DNA of 64,000 nt from Paragordius varius. Taxonomy: Eukaryota; Animalia; Nematomorpha. The position numbers and the translations under genes are program-made. The DNA lies in the NCBI GenBank assembly GCA_964247055.1, contig OZ176053.1:7316001-7380000 (forward strand), in the 5' to 3' direction. Below are positions 1-13,102 of the stretch, piece by piece (the first letter of the stretch is position 1; each line of letters begins with the position of its first letter). A model generated the notes under the pieces. The model was given only the letters and a program-made list of their open reading frames with translations, had not been told where the DNA came from and searched no databases.

Positions 1-649
1 TACTTAATTGTGCAATAAGGATTAATGCATCCTATAAATTACTTTAAATTTAAACAAGATTGATGCGACAGTCTCTATGTTGATCAATCTTTTATTTTTT
101 CTTCAAGAAGTTAGCAATATTATTGAAATCATTTTTATTGGTTAAGTTATTTAAGATTACCGGATGTTAAAAGCTTTAACAAAAAAATTATGGTCGAACC
201 TTGACCTAAAAAGTGGGCATAAAAAATAGGCTAAAAATAAAAAGTATATTAAGATTCTTTAATATAAGTTAGAGCTGCATGTAAAATAAAAATATGTTTT
301 AAAATTATATAATAGTGTTAAAAAATCGAATTTGACTTATATGGGAATATTTTTGAGCCATATATAAAGTGTCACATATTTGGAGTTTACCAATTTTATA
401 TAAAAACAATCGTTGCTTTTTTCACAAAATTTTGGAAAAATAATGTAAATATAGACAATTAAATTTTTTAACGAGATCAATTATATACCAAAACATATTT
501 ATAACCAAATCAGTATAAGATGGTAAAAAGAACAAATTTAAATAAATTAATTAAAATTCAACTAAAACTCCTTTTTCCCGTTTTCTTAAAAACGTTCGCT
601 TAAAATTTAGCAAAAATTAATATTATCTTCTAATAAACTAATATAATAC

Positions 650-1207
650 CAGGTTTTTTTTCTTCATCTTCTATTTTGGGGTCACTGAAAATTTTTTTTC
701 GTTTTTTATCAATTTTATTAGTGTTGTTTAAGGCTTTAGGAATAACCCATTTATTAGCAGTGGTATCCCATTCATATATAACATTATGTGTTTCAGGATC
801 TCTGTATATATAGCATCGCTTTTCAAAATCGAATTCCATATTCTTATCCATATTAGTCACGGATGTATTTATATTAGGAATTAAATTATCTGTGCCTTCA
901 ATGCACCATTGTTTCAGTTCAGAGTTATATTTTAGCTTTTGTTTGGATATTGGATCAGTGTAAAGATATGATCCGTCATTAGATTGAGATACTCCATAAC
1001 TAGCCTGATAAAATGCTAAATCATTTTCATCAATCTAAATAAATTATAATATACCTTTGGAAAATAGGCTTTTTTGCTATCATCCCAAATATATAAAATT
1101 CCGTCTGAATCTCGATATGATTTGGTATCTTTTTCAAGCTTTCCAGATTTTTCCAATTCCTCAAGTTTTAGCTGGTGTTTAAAATCGGTGTTTTCCGAAT
1201 CAACCAT
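650..1207 (-). CDS. HTATSF1: HIV Tat-specific factor 1 (Tat-SF1/Cus2-like U2 snRNP factor) homologue, 5' part; exons 1207-1055 and 1034-650; the RRM/UHM exons presumably lie left of the window
   Basis: Removing the 20-nt GT-AG intron 1035-1054 joins ORFs 1016-1273 and 630-860 into MVDSENTDFKHQLKLEEL...YIWDDSKKAYFPK|IDENDLAFYQASYG, matching the HTATSF1 N-terminus pattern EFxEQLRxQEL...YEWDxDKKAWFPKIxEDFIAxYQANYG. A phase-1 donor follows KKP at 649. No RRM exon was found in 1-600. Confidence 0.8.
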
Positions 1208-2516
1208 ATGGTTAGCGATAAGGTTATACCGTGTGTTGTAACAGAATGTATTTATATTCAATTTTTGAACCACATCACAACTGAAAAAATCAAAATATTT
1301 TAAATATTATAATAGTGATTTTTTACCCTATGGATTAAATCTTTTTAAAAGAGCTAAAATTGAAATTCGTAGCTTTAACCGATTGGCAAGATTTTTATAT
1401 ATATATATTTTTTTAATAAGCAATTCATTAGTAAATAAATGTATATTAGGGAATTATATAATTTGCTTTAAAAAACCTTAAAATTATATCATGCCTTAAG
1501 GTTTAATATCACAGAGCTGAATTTCTTGAAAATAATTCTAGCAATTTCAGTTAAAAGTTAATCATCAATTGTTCCTATGTATTAAAAAGTTTATTTTTAC
1601 ATTGTGTCTTCTGGTGTGAGTAATCTAAAATTGAGATATTTTAAAATTTAATCAAATGAGATTTAATTGAAATACCATTTTTTGCTGGTAAAATGCAGCC
1701 TTAAAGCTTTAAATGATAATAATTACGTTTTTCAACCATATTATACATTTAATTGTTGCATTAGCGATTTAATCCAATAAATTTAGGGTTTGAGATCCAA
1801 GATTTAAAATTTGTATCTTAAAATGTATATAAGGTATCAGGCCAAATATAAAAATATGCTTTAGCCTTTAAAGTGAATTATACAAAATCACTTTAAAAAA
1901 ATATAAAATTGTAAAAAACCCTCAACTATTTTGCATAACACAAGTCTAAAAATTTATTTTTCGTTTCCCACAATGTCCATTTCTTTTTAATAATTATTTT
2001 TTATTTTATATAAAAGTATAAGGGCACCATTTTGAAATTAGCTCTAAGTTCAGGCTTCCCACAAAAATTGGGCTTTAATATATATAGAGCATTAAACATT
2101 TTTTAACAAATCTTGTGGGCGCTTTCGAGTTTAATTATTTGCATGCTGTAGAAAATTGGTAATTTAAAAAAATCGTGATATATATATATGACACAGTTTA
2201 TGTACACAAACGGATTTTTCGATTGTTATTTAAACAGAAGTGGTATAATATTCTAAAACTCGTATGTTTAAAAATGAAAATCCCGATTCATTATTCCATC
2301 TAATATTTGAAAGTTTAGTGCGTAATTTATAAATAAAAATTGGTATTAGTCATACCAAATATGTAAGGAGGGAACTTCTAACATTTCTAATAATTAATAA
2401 AATTAACCATAAAATAAAAGTAGTAACTAAATTATATTTATAAAATAAGTGTAAATAACCCCAAAAGCATAAAAATTTGGGTATTGCACCATTCGTATTG
2501 TCATATCGTTCACCCG

Positions 2517-5500
2517 ATGGATTCATCAACTTTTACTGGTATATAAATTTTAAAAATTTAATAGATGATAGCGAAAACGAAAGTTATAGCACCGATTCCA
2601 ATGCGAATTCGCAGAAAAAACGCTTTGCTCATACAATGTCGGAAAAGCGGCGCAGGGATGCTATGAAAGTAATATTCCTTTTATTTTTAGAAAGGTTATG
2701 ATGATTTAACCGATTTAATGGCATCTGCAGACAGCTTTGAGAAATCCTTATTTAATAATCTAAGTAATTTGCTAACAAATAACATATATTATAAAAAGAT
2801 GAGCAAAGCATCGTTATTGCAAAAAAGTAATTGATATATAATTTTCAGCTAAAGATAATATATTGCAATTACAAAAAATTAAATCTGAACATGCGGATGA
2901 AATTGCCAGACTTAATAAAGAAATAGAAGCTTTGGAAATTATGAAAACAAATTATCACAATATTATTGAGAGTTCCCAGAATAAAATAACTGAATTACAT
3001 TTGTCGAGTACCCTTTCTCCCGATCAACTTCAGGCCTATAACAAGAATAACGAAATTAAATCTCAAGTAACATTTATTGCTTTCTGTTTTTATAATACAT
3101 CATATAGAGTAATTTAAGCAAATGATTTCCCTTTGGAGCATATATAATATTCGTTTAAAATAGGATTTGTTTTCGTTTCAATTTTAATTCTAAGCAATTA
3201 GGATTCGAAACATTTGAATTGATTCTCCGAATAATTTATATTCATTTTTTCCCGAATCGGTATCCTAGATAAGCCATATGCGATATCGATATTCAATATT
3301 AAAAAAGGTGAGCTAGGCCCATCAAATCCATTACTGGTGACTTTCCACAAGTTTTTTTATTCCTTCTTTAGATTGTTAAAAAGCCATAAACTAAAATCAT
3401 TAAACATCCGTTCGTTATAATAATGATATGAGAAATCAATTTTAATGAGTAAATTGAAAATAAAATTTTTCGTCTAAAAATGATAGTATATTTTTGTAAA
3501 ATTAAAATTTTAGTTTTTATATTAACACTTTTCTTATTATTAGTGTATAAAAACCGTGTAATCTCCTATTTTTAGTGGCAAATTTTAAAGGTTATAGTTT
3601 AATATTAAAAAACATTTCATCGAAATCCTATCAAAATTTTTTCCCGAAATTTATGATATGTTTTAAATACTTTCCAAATATATGCATATTTATTAACTGC
3701 AAATACTCTTGACAAAATGTTCTGGTCTCTCCCAGATGAATAAAGGGATTTTACCCTGGTTTTCCAGTCTCGCCAAAAAAATATCTGGCTTTCCTGGCTG
3801 ACTAGTGATACGTCTGACGATATTTTTATAAAACATTTCGCATCGCCAAGTTTTAAGGATTCCCAACTGTTGTCACGGCTTTATAGTCTTCACCTAAACC
3901 ATTAGATTTGGGATGGTAAGAAAAAATAAATGCTTATTTTCAAGCAATATTCCTCAAATTTTGACGAAGAAAATTGTGATCCGTTACTAGATACTTAAAA
4001 AATAGGCATCCAAAATTGACCAAAAATTATGTTTAAGCTATCAATAACAATTGTAGATGTAACTTTGTTTTAAAATACAATTCTACACCATACGAATGCA
4101 TTTGTTAAAACTGGCCAGTATTTTTCGTCAAGTAGACCTGTTATATCGATATAAATTTGCTCTGGAAGGGATTAGTAGATTTTATATTCTTCTCAGTAAA
4201 TAAATTATATATGTATCTTGTCGCCATCTTAGATAATATAGATTATTTTGATATTAAAATACAACATAATAATAACAATGGTAATTAAAATGTTTATACC
4301 ATTTTTAAACATGGAATGAAATAATATAAAAATGTTCATATCTAACGCAAGATTATAAGATTCGACATAAAAATATTGCTGTTATAACCAATTGTTATTT
4401 ATAACAATCTACAGAATAAAATGCTTAGATTGATGAGTGAAGTTACGACAAATGATAGTATTGAGTATATTATAAAACACTAATATAATAGTTTTTGGAA
4501 GAGATGGTCATGATGCATAGAGAATAAAGATAAGAAATTTAATAGTGGATATTGAATTGGTCGAAGAACTCCTCTGAAAAAGATTTGAGAATAATGTGAA
4601 TTATAATGTTATTGAATTTGAGTATACATGATTAAGAGATTCTAAAGGTGAAATTTGTTGAACGACCACTTTTAATTAATTAAGGTATATGTATTTTAAA
4701 ATATTTTGCCATAATACATATATATATTAATTGATATTAGTTTATTTTTCCCAGCTTTTAATAGTTTATGACATTTCATCAATGATATTCCCTAAGAGAT
4801 TTTAATGACTATTCCCCTGCTTTTCCTAGCAGCAGTAGGAATAGCCCTAAAAGATTTGGATGATTTAAAAAAGGTTGCTTCTCCACACAACCAGATTTCT
4901 TTTTTCTTTATTGTAAACTGCACTTTAATAGTGTTTATCTTAATAAAATACACATCCACTCATTAGATCAGTGGTTACCCCCAAAAATTTTAAACGTGCA
5001 AAATACATTTTTCTTGTCCCGAGGGCGGACCGTATTATATCGATAAATGTTCATAGCTGTTTGAGAATTTGCAGATTTTTATTCCATAAACAAGTAAATT
5101 TAAGGTTTAATAAATGATTCAGGGCTATGGGGGCTTTGGTTTTAGTACCACTGCTTTACATGATTGATCCATACAAACAAATAATGTTAGGGAATTTAAA
5201 TTTTTTGTAAGACTTTTAAAATCAAAATCACTAAAATCTTTCTGTGTTACTTCTATGCTTAATATTTATTGTATATAACTCTGCTAAAATAATATAATCT
5301 ATTCCTTCATAAGCATAAATCAACTATCTAGGATTTCGATGAAATGTTTTTTAATATTAAACTATAACCTTTAAAATTTGCCACTAAAAATAGGAGATTA
5401 CACGGTTTTTATACACTAATAATAAGAAAAGCGTGAATATAAAAACTAAAATTTTAATTTTCCACAAAATATTATACTATTTTTAGATGTATTTTTAATT

Positions 5501-6730
5501 TACCGATTAAATTTATATTATAACGAACGGATGTTTAATGATTTTAGTTAAATGGCTTTTTAACAATCTAAAGAAGGAATAATAAATTTAACTTGTATAC
5601 TTATAATCATTTCGTCCCAAGCTTTTCGCTGATTTGTGAAATGTCAAAAAAATATTAAAAGCTTTTTAATATTTTTTATATATAATCCCACGAATTTTAA
5701 TTATTCCCTAGGATTTTACCTCATTGTTTAAATAGTTTTATCCAAAAATGGAACAGCTGTTTGGTACATTTCGGTTTACATTTATTACTATCATATGCGT
5801 TTCAACTTCGATTTTCTTGGAATGCCGCCAAATCTAAAACAGCTATTTTCTTAAAAAATACAAAATCGGTAAAATATATGGCTCTCTGTTTTATATTAAC
5901 CATCTAACATTAGATATTGACATATTTTGACTCGCTGATTTTAATTAGTCATTATATTTTAAATTACCATACATCAATCTATTCTTTATTTAATTCTTTA
6001 GAGCTAAAATATGCATTGATGATCATTTTACAGAATTTTAACTCCAAGATAATTGTTATGAAAAATACATGTTCACAATTTTTTATATTTGTTCTTTGGT
6101 AAGATTAATATTCATTTTAATTGGGCGATGGGTTTATTAGTCTTATTAAAAAAGTGATTAGATCATTCAAAAATTATTTTCAGTTTTGTTTGTCTTTGAC
6201 AATGTATTAAAGTTTTGATCAAAGAATTAAAAGTCGGCATATAAATGACAGCATTAACATGGTAGGAATTATATATAAAAATAAAGTTTTTTGTTTAATT
6301 TGAGTATCTCTTTTTATTTTCATTTTTAAACGGGTAAATGAAATAAGTTCAGAGCAACTTTAAAAATATTGATACCTGGAAAATCGTTTATAACTGTAAA
6401 ACACATTTTGTCCTTTTATTATATCCATGACAAAAGTTTTACACAAGGCCACTCCAAATTTTATAGAACTCCTTTGTGTCGGCTCTAAAAAATTATATTG
6501 CTCTATTATATTATTATTATGTGCTTTTATTATCTGTCTAGGTTTTTCACATGCTAATGGACTTCCTTTTCCTAACATTCAATACCACTTTAAACGTTTC
6601 CAATTTTCACCAACTTTCGCGTTCCATGTTAAGTTGGTTAGAAGAATTTTGCCAGTTACAAAACATAAGAGACATTGCCCTACGCGTTTTGCAACAAATT
6701 AACCCAAAATTCCGAAATCAGCAGACATGA
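2517..6730 (+). CDS. MLX: Max-like protein X (bHLH-ZIP plus C-terminal DCD); join(2517..2538,2565..2668,2691..2826,2849..3066,6542..6730), about 222 aa
   Basis: Spliced length is 669 nt with open frame. Basic region and helix 1: KKRFAHTMSEKRRRDAMK|KGYDDL. Helix 2: MSKASLLQKT|KDNI. Zipper: EIARLNKEIEALEIMKTNYHNII. Last exon VFHMLMDFLFLTFNTTLNVSNFHQLSRSMLSWLEEFCQLQNIRDIALRVLQQI matches the MLX DCD (VFQGIMDSLFQSFN...VFSWIEEHCKPQTLREIV). All introns are GT-AG and phase-compatible. Confidence 0.92.
3347..5596. mobile_element. About 2.25-kb element bounded by about 270-280-bp inverted repeats (foldback/MULE-like, non-autonomous), inside MLX intron 4
   Basis: 3347-3630 is the reverse complement of 5329-5596; the inner about 130 bp (TTTTCTTATTATTAGTGTATAAAAACCGTGTAATCTCC...CGAAATCCTA) are near-identical. 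No transposase or TSD was recognised. Confidence 0.6.
4969..5153. mobile_element. Small hAT-like MITE nested in the inverted-repeat element
   Basis: Termini CAGTGGT...ACCACTG; flanking 8-mers CATTAGAT and CTTTACAT match at 6/8, consistent with a decayed 8-bp TSD. Confidence 0.5.
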
Positions 6731-9126
6731 TTATATCTTAGATTTTTTGGGAATGAATTATTGAATTAAAGTTTATATTTAGAGTGGTATAATAATTTAT
6801 AATTATATAACAACCTTAGAATAAATTATATCATATTACTTTTTTATTTATGCCATATATTTTACCCAATTATACATAAAATTTTATCCAAGCCAAATTA
6901 AAATATTTTTTTTCACAATATCGATCTCTGCAAAAAAGCATATACTGCCAAAAATAATGGTGGTGTTATATAATATAAGTTTTATGTCTTATAAATTTAT
7001 ATTTATTTAAAACAAGTAAAATGTTAATGTGTTTCTACGGTAATGATTTAATGTTTTTGTTCGCGCGAGAATTTGCATTGCTAAAAAAACTAAATCAACC
7101 AAATGTGGCAAAGACATAGACCAGATTTTAAAGTGGTATTTTTAAAACATAAATATCTGATAATTTTAATTAAAAAAAGTAATGGTGAACAGGCTTAAAA
7201 ACTATGTAGGTATGTATAAGAAATATTTTCATCCATAAGGTATCAAATGAGGCCAAAAATTTGTGAAACTTGCATACATTTTTAAAATATATATTTAATT
7301 AAAAAAATCTATGCGACAAAGTTTTGCCTTTTTTCCGCTACAATATGTTTTTTTAATCCATAAATGCTTTTATCCTTATTAAAATTCATGTTTGGAAAAT
7401 CTTTTCTTGTAATTACAAAATTAAATATGTTAATTAATTTAGGAGATAACACGATACGCAACATTCTTCAAACTGTAATAGTATTCAATGTATGTATTTA
7501 GGATTAATTATTATCAAATTTAAGCTTTCCCTTGAGAATATCTGGATTTTGGGAGTTTTTTGCCTTAATGAACATATTTAATTATAAAAAAAATATTTAA
7601 AATATTATAAAAAACCGTATTTGTCTGATTTTACAAAAATATAATTTGTGTTTGTAGTGAAAATAAAGGTATGGTCTGTTCGAGATATATGACATAAATA
7701 ACATTAGGATATCTATCCAAAACTTGTTAAGTAAAACCAAACAAAGTATGAGCAGCGCAACAAAATTATTTATATTTAAACTTCTGCATTGAATATAATT
7801 TTTTTATAATTTCATTAATTATCAACTAGCCAGCAGCATATTGGATGTGCCTCTCGAGTTTCCATCTCCCTTTCGGACTTTATATCATACATTGATGTTA
7901 TTGCAGTAAAAGTTAAAATTATAAAAACAAAAGGATAAATATTTTTATTAAAGAAACAGCCATACTTTTTAAACTTTAATTTTTAAAAACAATCGTTTTG
8001 GTTTTGTTTCGCAAAATAGGCGATAAAAAGGTAGCGATTATCCATATGCTTCATAATTATAGATAGATATCAAAGTTTAAAATGGGTGTCTTTTTACATT
8101 TTGTCAAAAATTTTTTAATTTTTACTGTAAATATTTATATAGGTCCAGCAAATCTTAAGTTTTGAACAAACTCAACACTAATTAACCAAATATTTTAAGA
8201 ACCGAAAATAAATTAAATGTAAATTTATTAATTGGTAACTTTATTGGGATAACATAATATCATTACAATAATTTTTAAAAAATCCATATATGGTTTATAA
8301 TATGATTTGCCATAGTTACCTCCTTGTTGGGAGAAAAAAACCCTTAAAGGTTGATATTGTTAAAAAATGTGTTGGATTAGTTACAATCTTAATTTTCTAT
8401 GATTTAGAAACCAATTGATTTAAAGGAATGTTGTTTTAGTTTCATGTGTATAAAATATAAATTTAAATAGAGGAAGAAAACCAGTTTTTTTATCAATTAA
8501 ATGACAAACTGAATTTATAAAATTTAGATGCACAAAAGCATAATTTTTTATATATGATTAGCAAACAACTGATTAGGCTAGTGGGTATTTCATCCCAGGG
8601 CGATTTGAAATTTGAATATTTTAAAAAATATTTTATGTAAGTTAAAGACAAAATATGCTTTTTTTTAGGCGTAATACACTGCGTCCGATCGGGGAAGGGG
8701 GTAAAAATAACCTGATTAATATAAATATTCTGATAGGAAAATGCATTAAGATTATTGCGCTTTTAATGTGGCGGGTAAGTGTGATATAAGAAAGTTATAT
8801 ACACTTTTCTGGTAAGTGCTCCATATCAGAAAATGGCAAGATTTGAGCACAATTTTTTGAATAAAATTTTTTTGGTGAAAGCTAAAGGCTTCATTTCAAA
8901 TATAATTAATTTTTTAATCTACTTAAAAAACGGTATTTTTAAAAAAATTTAATTTTTAGATGTTGGCAGTCCCTAATCTTTTCGCTCTTCTAAAATGGGT
9001 TGGTTCTTTTAAATGAACGCAAAAATGCCGGGATCGCATGATAAAAAATTTTATAATACAAAAAAAAATATTAAAATGCATGTATTTTTTACGAATAGCG
9101 AAATTTTGTTGAAGCGTACTTTATAG

Positions 9127-9701
9127 TATACCGTTTGCACTTTAAGAGTGTCCTTGAACACTTCAAGTTGGTCCTTGATTTCAAGTTGGTCCTTGAACAC
9201 TCCAAGTTGGTCCTTTGACTTATTTGCGTAAATAATTTATTATCGTTTCGATTTTCTATTATTTAACATAAATTTTAAATCAATATCAACTCATAATCTT
9301 TGAGAAACCGTATATCTTTATTAATTTCTTAAATAACTTTGGATATTTTTAAGATTTTAACACGATGAAAAAAGCAATATGTTTTCTAAGTTATTAGTTA
9401 CAATTTTTCATTAAATACATTTAAAGGTTAATCATTTTGATCAATTGAAAAAAAAAGTTTGAAACAAAAAAGTGGTTTTTCAATAAAATTTTTAGAATGA
9501 ATAAATATATATAATAAATAAAGAAAATTAGGTTAATAAAAAATAAAATAAATGCGAAAATTATGGTTAAATCCAAATTTACAAATTTAAGGACCAATTT
9601 GAAGTGTTCAATGACCAACTTGAAATGTTCAAGGACCAACTTGAAGTGTTCAAGGACACTCTTGAAGTGTTCAAGGACACTCTTGAAGTGAAAATGGTAT
9701 A
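9127..9701. mobile_element. MITE with TATACC(A/G)TTT termini and inverted subterminal arrays of a 21-bp unit (TTCAAGTTGGTCCTTGAACAC)
   Basis: The left array (about 9143-9217) and right array (about 9588-9690) are reverse complements; termini TATACCGTTTGCACTT / AAGTGAAAATGGTATA. ORFs 9421-9639 and 9604-9828 simply translate the repeat. Confidence 0.75.
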
Positions 9702-9705
9702 TTTT

Positions 9706-9956
9706 AGGAATGATGGAAACGGTATAAAAATGTTTTTAGACATTATAAATACACTTTTTCTTTTTAATGAGGCTGGACATTTATATCATTTGAGAATCTT
9801 AATCCAAATATTCGTCGAAATTTTATAGAAACATAATTACATATATTTGAAGCTGATCAAATTTAATTAAAATCTGAAGTGAATGATCATTAAATTTTAT
9901 AGAAAAAGTGTTTGAATAATTTAATAAAACGTTTTTATACCGTTTCCATCATGCCT
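9706..9956. mobile_element. About 250-bp MITE abutting the previous element
   Basis: Inverted repeat ATGATGGAAACGGTATAAAAA (about 9710-9730) versus TTTTTATACCGTTTCCATCAT (about 9932-9952). Confidence 0.6.
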
Positions 9957-10074
9957 CCAACTGAAGTACGTACGCTTCAACAAAGTTTTGTTAAAAATTA
10001 TATTTTTTGAAAAAAGTATGCATTTAAAAAACATATTTACTTAATATCAAAATTTAGCATATATTTAAAACGAT

Positions 10075-10700
10075 TATCGGGCAATCCTGAGCGTTTATTT
10101 TAAGATAACCAGCCCATATTGGAATAGCCGAAAAATTTGGAATTTCGGAGTCCACATCTAAAAAAAGAGTTTTTAAAAATATTGTTTTGCCTTTTATAAT
10201 TAATTTATGATATATTTTAGTGGTATCTTTTGGAATAAATTTAGCTTTCAACAAGAAAAATTTATCTAAAAAAATGTCCGCAAATTTTTTCATATTCCAA
10301 TATGGAACAATTACATAAAAGTGTGCATAGCACTCTATATCACTCATAAATACCGAAACCCCCATCATAATATTGATACATTTTCCTATCAAAATATATT
10401 TTCAGCAGGTTAATGTGGGCACAGTGTTATAGGCAATTTTTTTATAAAAATGTAAGAACATTTTCAATTCATTTGCCGTCTTATTCTATAATTTTTTTAA
10501 ACTCCAATGCAACAGGCAATATGTATATTATAGTTAAAATAAGTAAATAATCAACTAAGATTTTAGGCTGCATTTTACCGGCAAAACTGATATTTCACTC
10601 AAAATTAGCTGTTCGTTTCAAGGTTGTTTTGGTGATGTTACAATTTTAGACTCTAAAAGTCACAAATCTGTACAAAATATCATTTTTATCTCATACATGA
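10075..10700 (+). pseudogene. Possible highly decayed PIF/Harbinger (DDE_Tnp_4-type) transposase fragment
   Basis: The + frame reads IAEKFGISESTSKKRVF, resembling the HTH motif xAxxFGISxSTVSR, followed by multiple stops. One weak motif only. Confidence 0.3.
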
Positions 10701-11112
10701 GATCATTGTAACCTTCATAGTAATAGTTGATTTCCTAATTTAGCTCTAGGATATAAAAATACCGCAATACTGGAACAAAAATGAAGAGGTCATGTAGTGT
10801 TAAACAATTATATTTTATCTGCCATTTATCTAAAAACAATTTATTTGTCTTGTGGTCAAATATGATTTGCACCCTAACATATATACAGAAAACTTTTATA
10901 TCATATTCCCATAAAAAATTTTTGAATATATAAATGTGTGAATACATAATAAAAATATAAATTTAAAATATTGTTAAGTAGAAATATGACTAGATGTTAT
11001 GTAATCTATATACAATACTGATAATAAATTTTGCGTTCATCATTCGCAATACTCGTTGACTATGATATTCCAAATGGAGACTAGATTAAAATTTCTTTTC
11101 TTTTTACTAAAC

Positions 11113-12960
11113 TTAAAGGGATACTTTATTGTTAATACTATATGATACATTATTATATATTATCGGTTCGGAAAAGTGAAAAGCCGTTATATTATTAATA
11201 CAATTTAAGTTTTGATTATTATTGTTGTTAGTAGTTTGTAATTTGGATCTATAAAATTCAATCGATTTCCTAATATAGTCGTTGTGTGAATTCATAAACA
11301 TTGCAAACCAACTGGGATTAAATAGAGGAGATCCAAATATGTTTGGTTGTAATTTATTTAACAAAAATAAATTATGATAATTCCAATTCGATTCATTTGG
11401 TGCAGGCCATAGTGGTTTCGAATCATTTGAAATCTCCAACGACGAACACTTTTTTCCGTTCGTTATTGGTTCTAAATTATTTAACCCATTAGGTGTAGCT
11501 GTTGGTTTGGGAAGTATGTTATTCATCGCCATATTGAGATCAGAGTTATGGATTTTAGTTTTTAAACCATTTTTCGTGAATCCCCCCACTTGTCCATCAA
11601 AATATGGAAATATAGATTTGCTATTTGCAAACGGAGATAGGCCATAGCCTGGCCAATTAAAGGCGCCACTCAATGTAAAAGGGTTTTCGTATTTATTAGA
11701 GTCACAATGTTGCGACGTTTTGGTATATGTTTTGCAGGTTTCCTTTCTTTCTTGATATGTCTTTCCCAAAACAGAGGTAGAACCGTTTCCATAATTAATG
11801 CCATTTGATTGATTTAATTTGCGGGGTCGTCCTCTTTTTTTACCTGATTGGGCATTAACAGACCTCTTGAGACATGGCAATTTACTTTCATGATCAATGT
11901 ACCCTTTAAGCGAGTGAAACGTTTGTCCACAAAGTTGACATTGTAATGTAACGCCATTTCTTAATTTTTCGAGCAACTGTTTACGATGACTAGTATAGTT
12001 ATTGTGTTTCGTAAAACGACCACACTTATCGCGCTCTAATCTCCAATCATTGAAAAATTGAATTTTACTACCACGCTTTTTGGTTGGTTTTTCACTTTGG
12101 GAACCATCTCCACCTGAACTGGATTTTCGAAAACTACTGCAAAAACTGTTATGATTAGTGCTATAAAATTCTACATTAGTTTTTAAAGGGGACTCATTTA
12201 TAATATTCTTGGAGAAGGAGTTAGATTTTAACCAATCATATTTGAAGTTTAGAGGATCAAAATTAAATAGGGTTTGTTTACTATTAGTTGGGTTCGGACC
12301 ATTTAATCGTTCATTGAGAAAAACGTTAAAGTTTTGATCAAAATTTGAGGGTAAAGAAGGTAGGGAGAAATTATTAATATCCTTAATATTGTTAATTGGA
12401 TAATTATATAAAGGGTATTTTAACCCATTTGATATGGTGATAGGAGTAACTAATGTTTGACCCGTTCCACATGAGGTATCAAATAATTGAGGTTTGTTTT
12501 TACAGATCTCGGAATCTGATATATTACATTGAGAATAGAGCGAAGTGTAACTCACAGTGTTTAGAGGTAATGTTAAGGTGTCAGGTTTATAATTATTGTT
12601 TTGAGAACTTTCATTTAATATGCTAATAATGCTATGTTTAAAGTCATTTGGGGTTGTTTTGCACAAGTTAGTTTCTAATCTATCCAAATTTGTAAATTGG
12701 TTGTCAATTACCTTATAATTAGCATTGCATTTGTTTTCAAATAATTTTGAAACTTTAGCATCTTGCCGATTATTGAAATAATCTATTTCATCATCATTAA
12801 AATTGTAAATAGATTCTCTAGGAACATCAAGGTCTGATTGGATTACCTAAAAAAATAAATGTTAAATTAGAACTCGATATTTTTTTAAAATGTAAGTTTG
12901 CCCATCAAAGGCGATTTCAGGTTGATAAGTAAACGTTACTTGTTTGGTGTCATAGCAAAA
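11113..12960 (-). CDS. Asn-rich nuclear protein with one C-x2-C-x12-H-x5-C zinc finger and an AT-hook; 5' end unresolved
   Basis: The 524-codon ORF extends in frame without a stop to an acceptor at 12846. It contains CQLCGQTFHSLKGYIDHESKLPC and KKRGRPRK. A candidate 27-nt intron 12847-12873 keeps the frame open to about 12960. The ORF-track start is TTG and there is no nearby in-frame ATG. Confidence 0.75.
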
Positions 12961-13102
12961 GAAAATTTATCGATTTGGCCCATTTATTTGTTAATACTAT
13001 AAAATCTAACTTATAAATTTAAATATCCTACTTAAATTGTTTAATCAAAAAAAATATTCAAAAGAGTTTAATAAAATCTCTCAAAACCTTTCTATATTTC
13101 TA

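Noticed and set aside
630-649. Second 20-nt HTATSF1 intron
   Set aside because: It has GT-AG ends, but splicing leads to a stop after seven codons before the RRM domains; a longer intron from the same donor is more likely.
4420-4920. Exon-like segments inside the MLX long intron
   Set aside because: All frames hit stops, and the MLX model is complete without them.
6360-6702. ORFs 6360-6578 (-) and 6427-6702 (+)
   Set aside because: Shadow frames over the last MLX exon, which is in a different + frame (6542-6730).
9143-9690. CRISPR-like array of 21-bp palindromic repeats
   Set aside because: Units are contiguous with no unique spacers and form the two inverted arms of a MITE.
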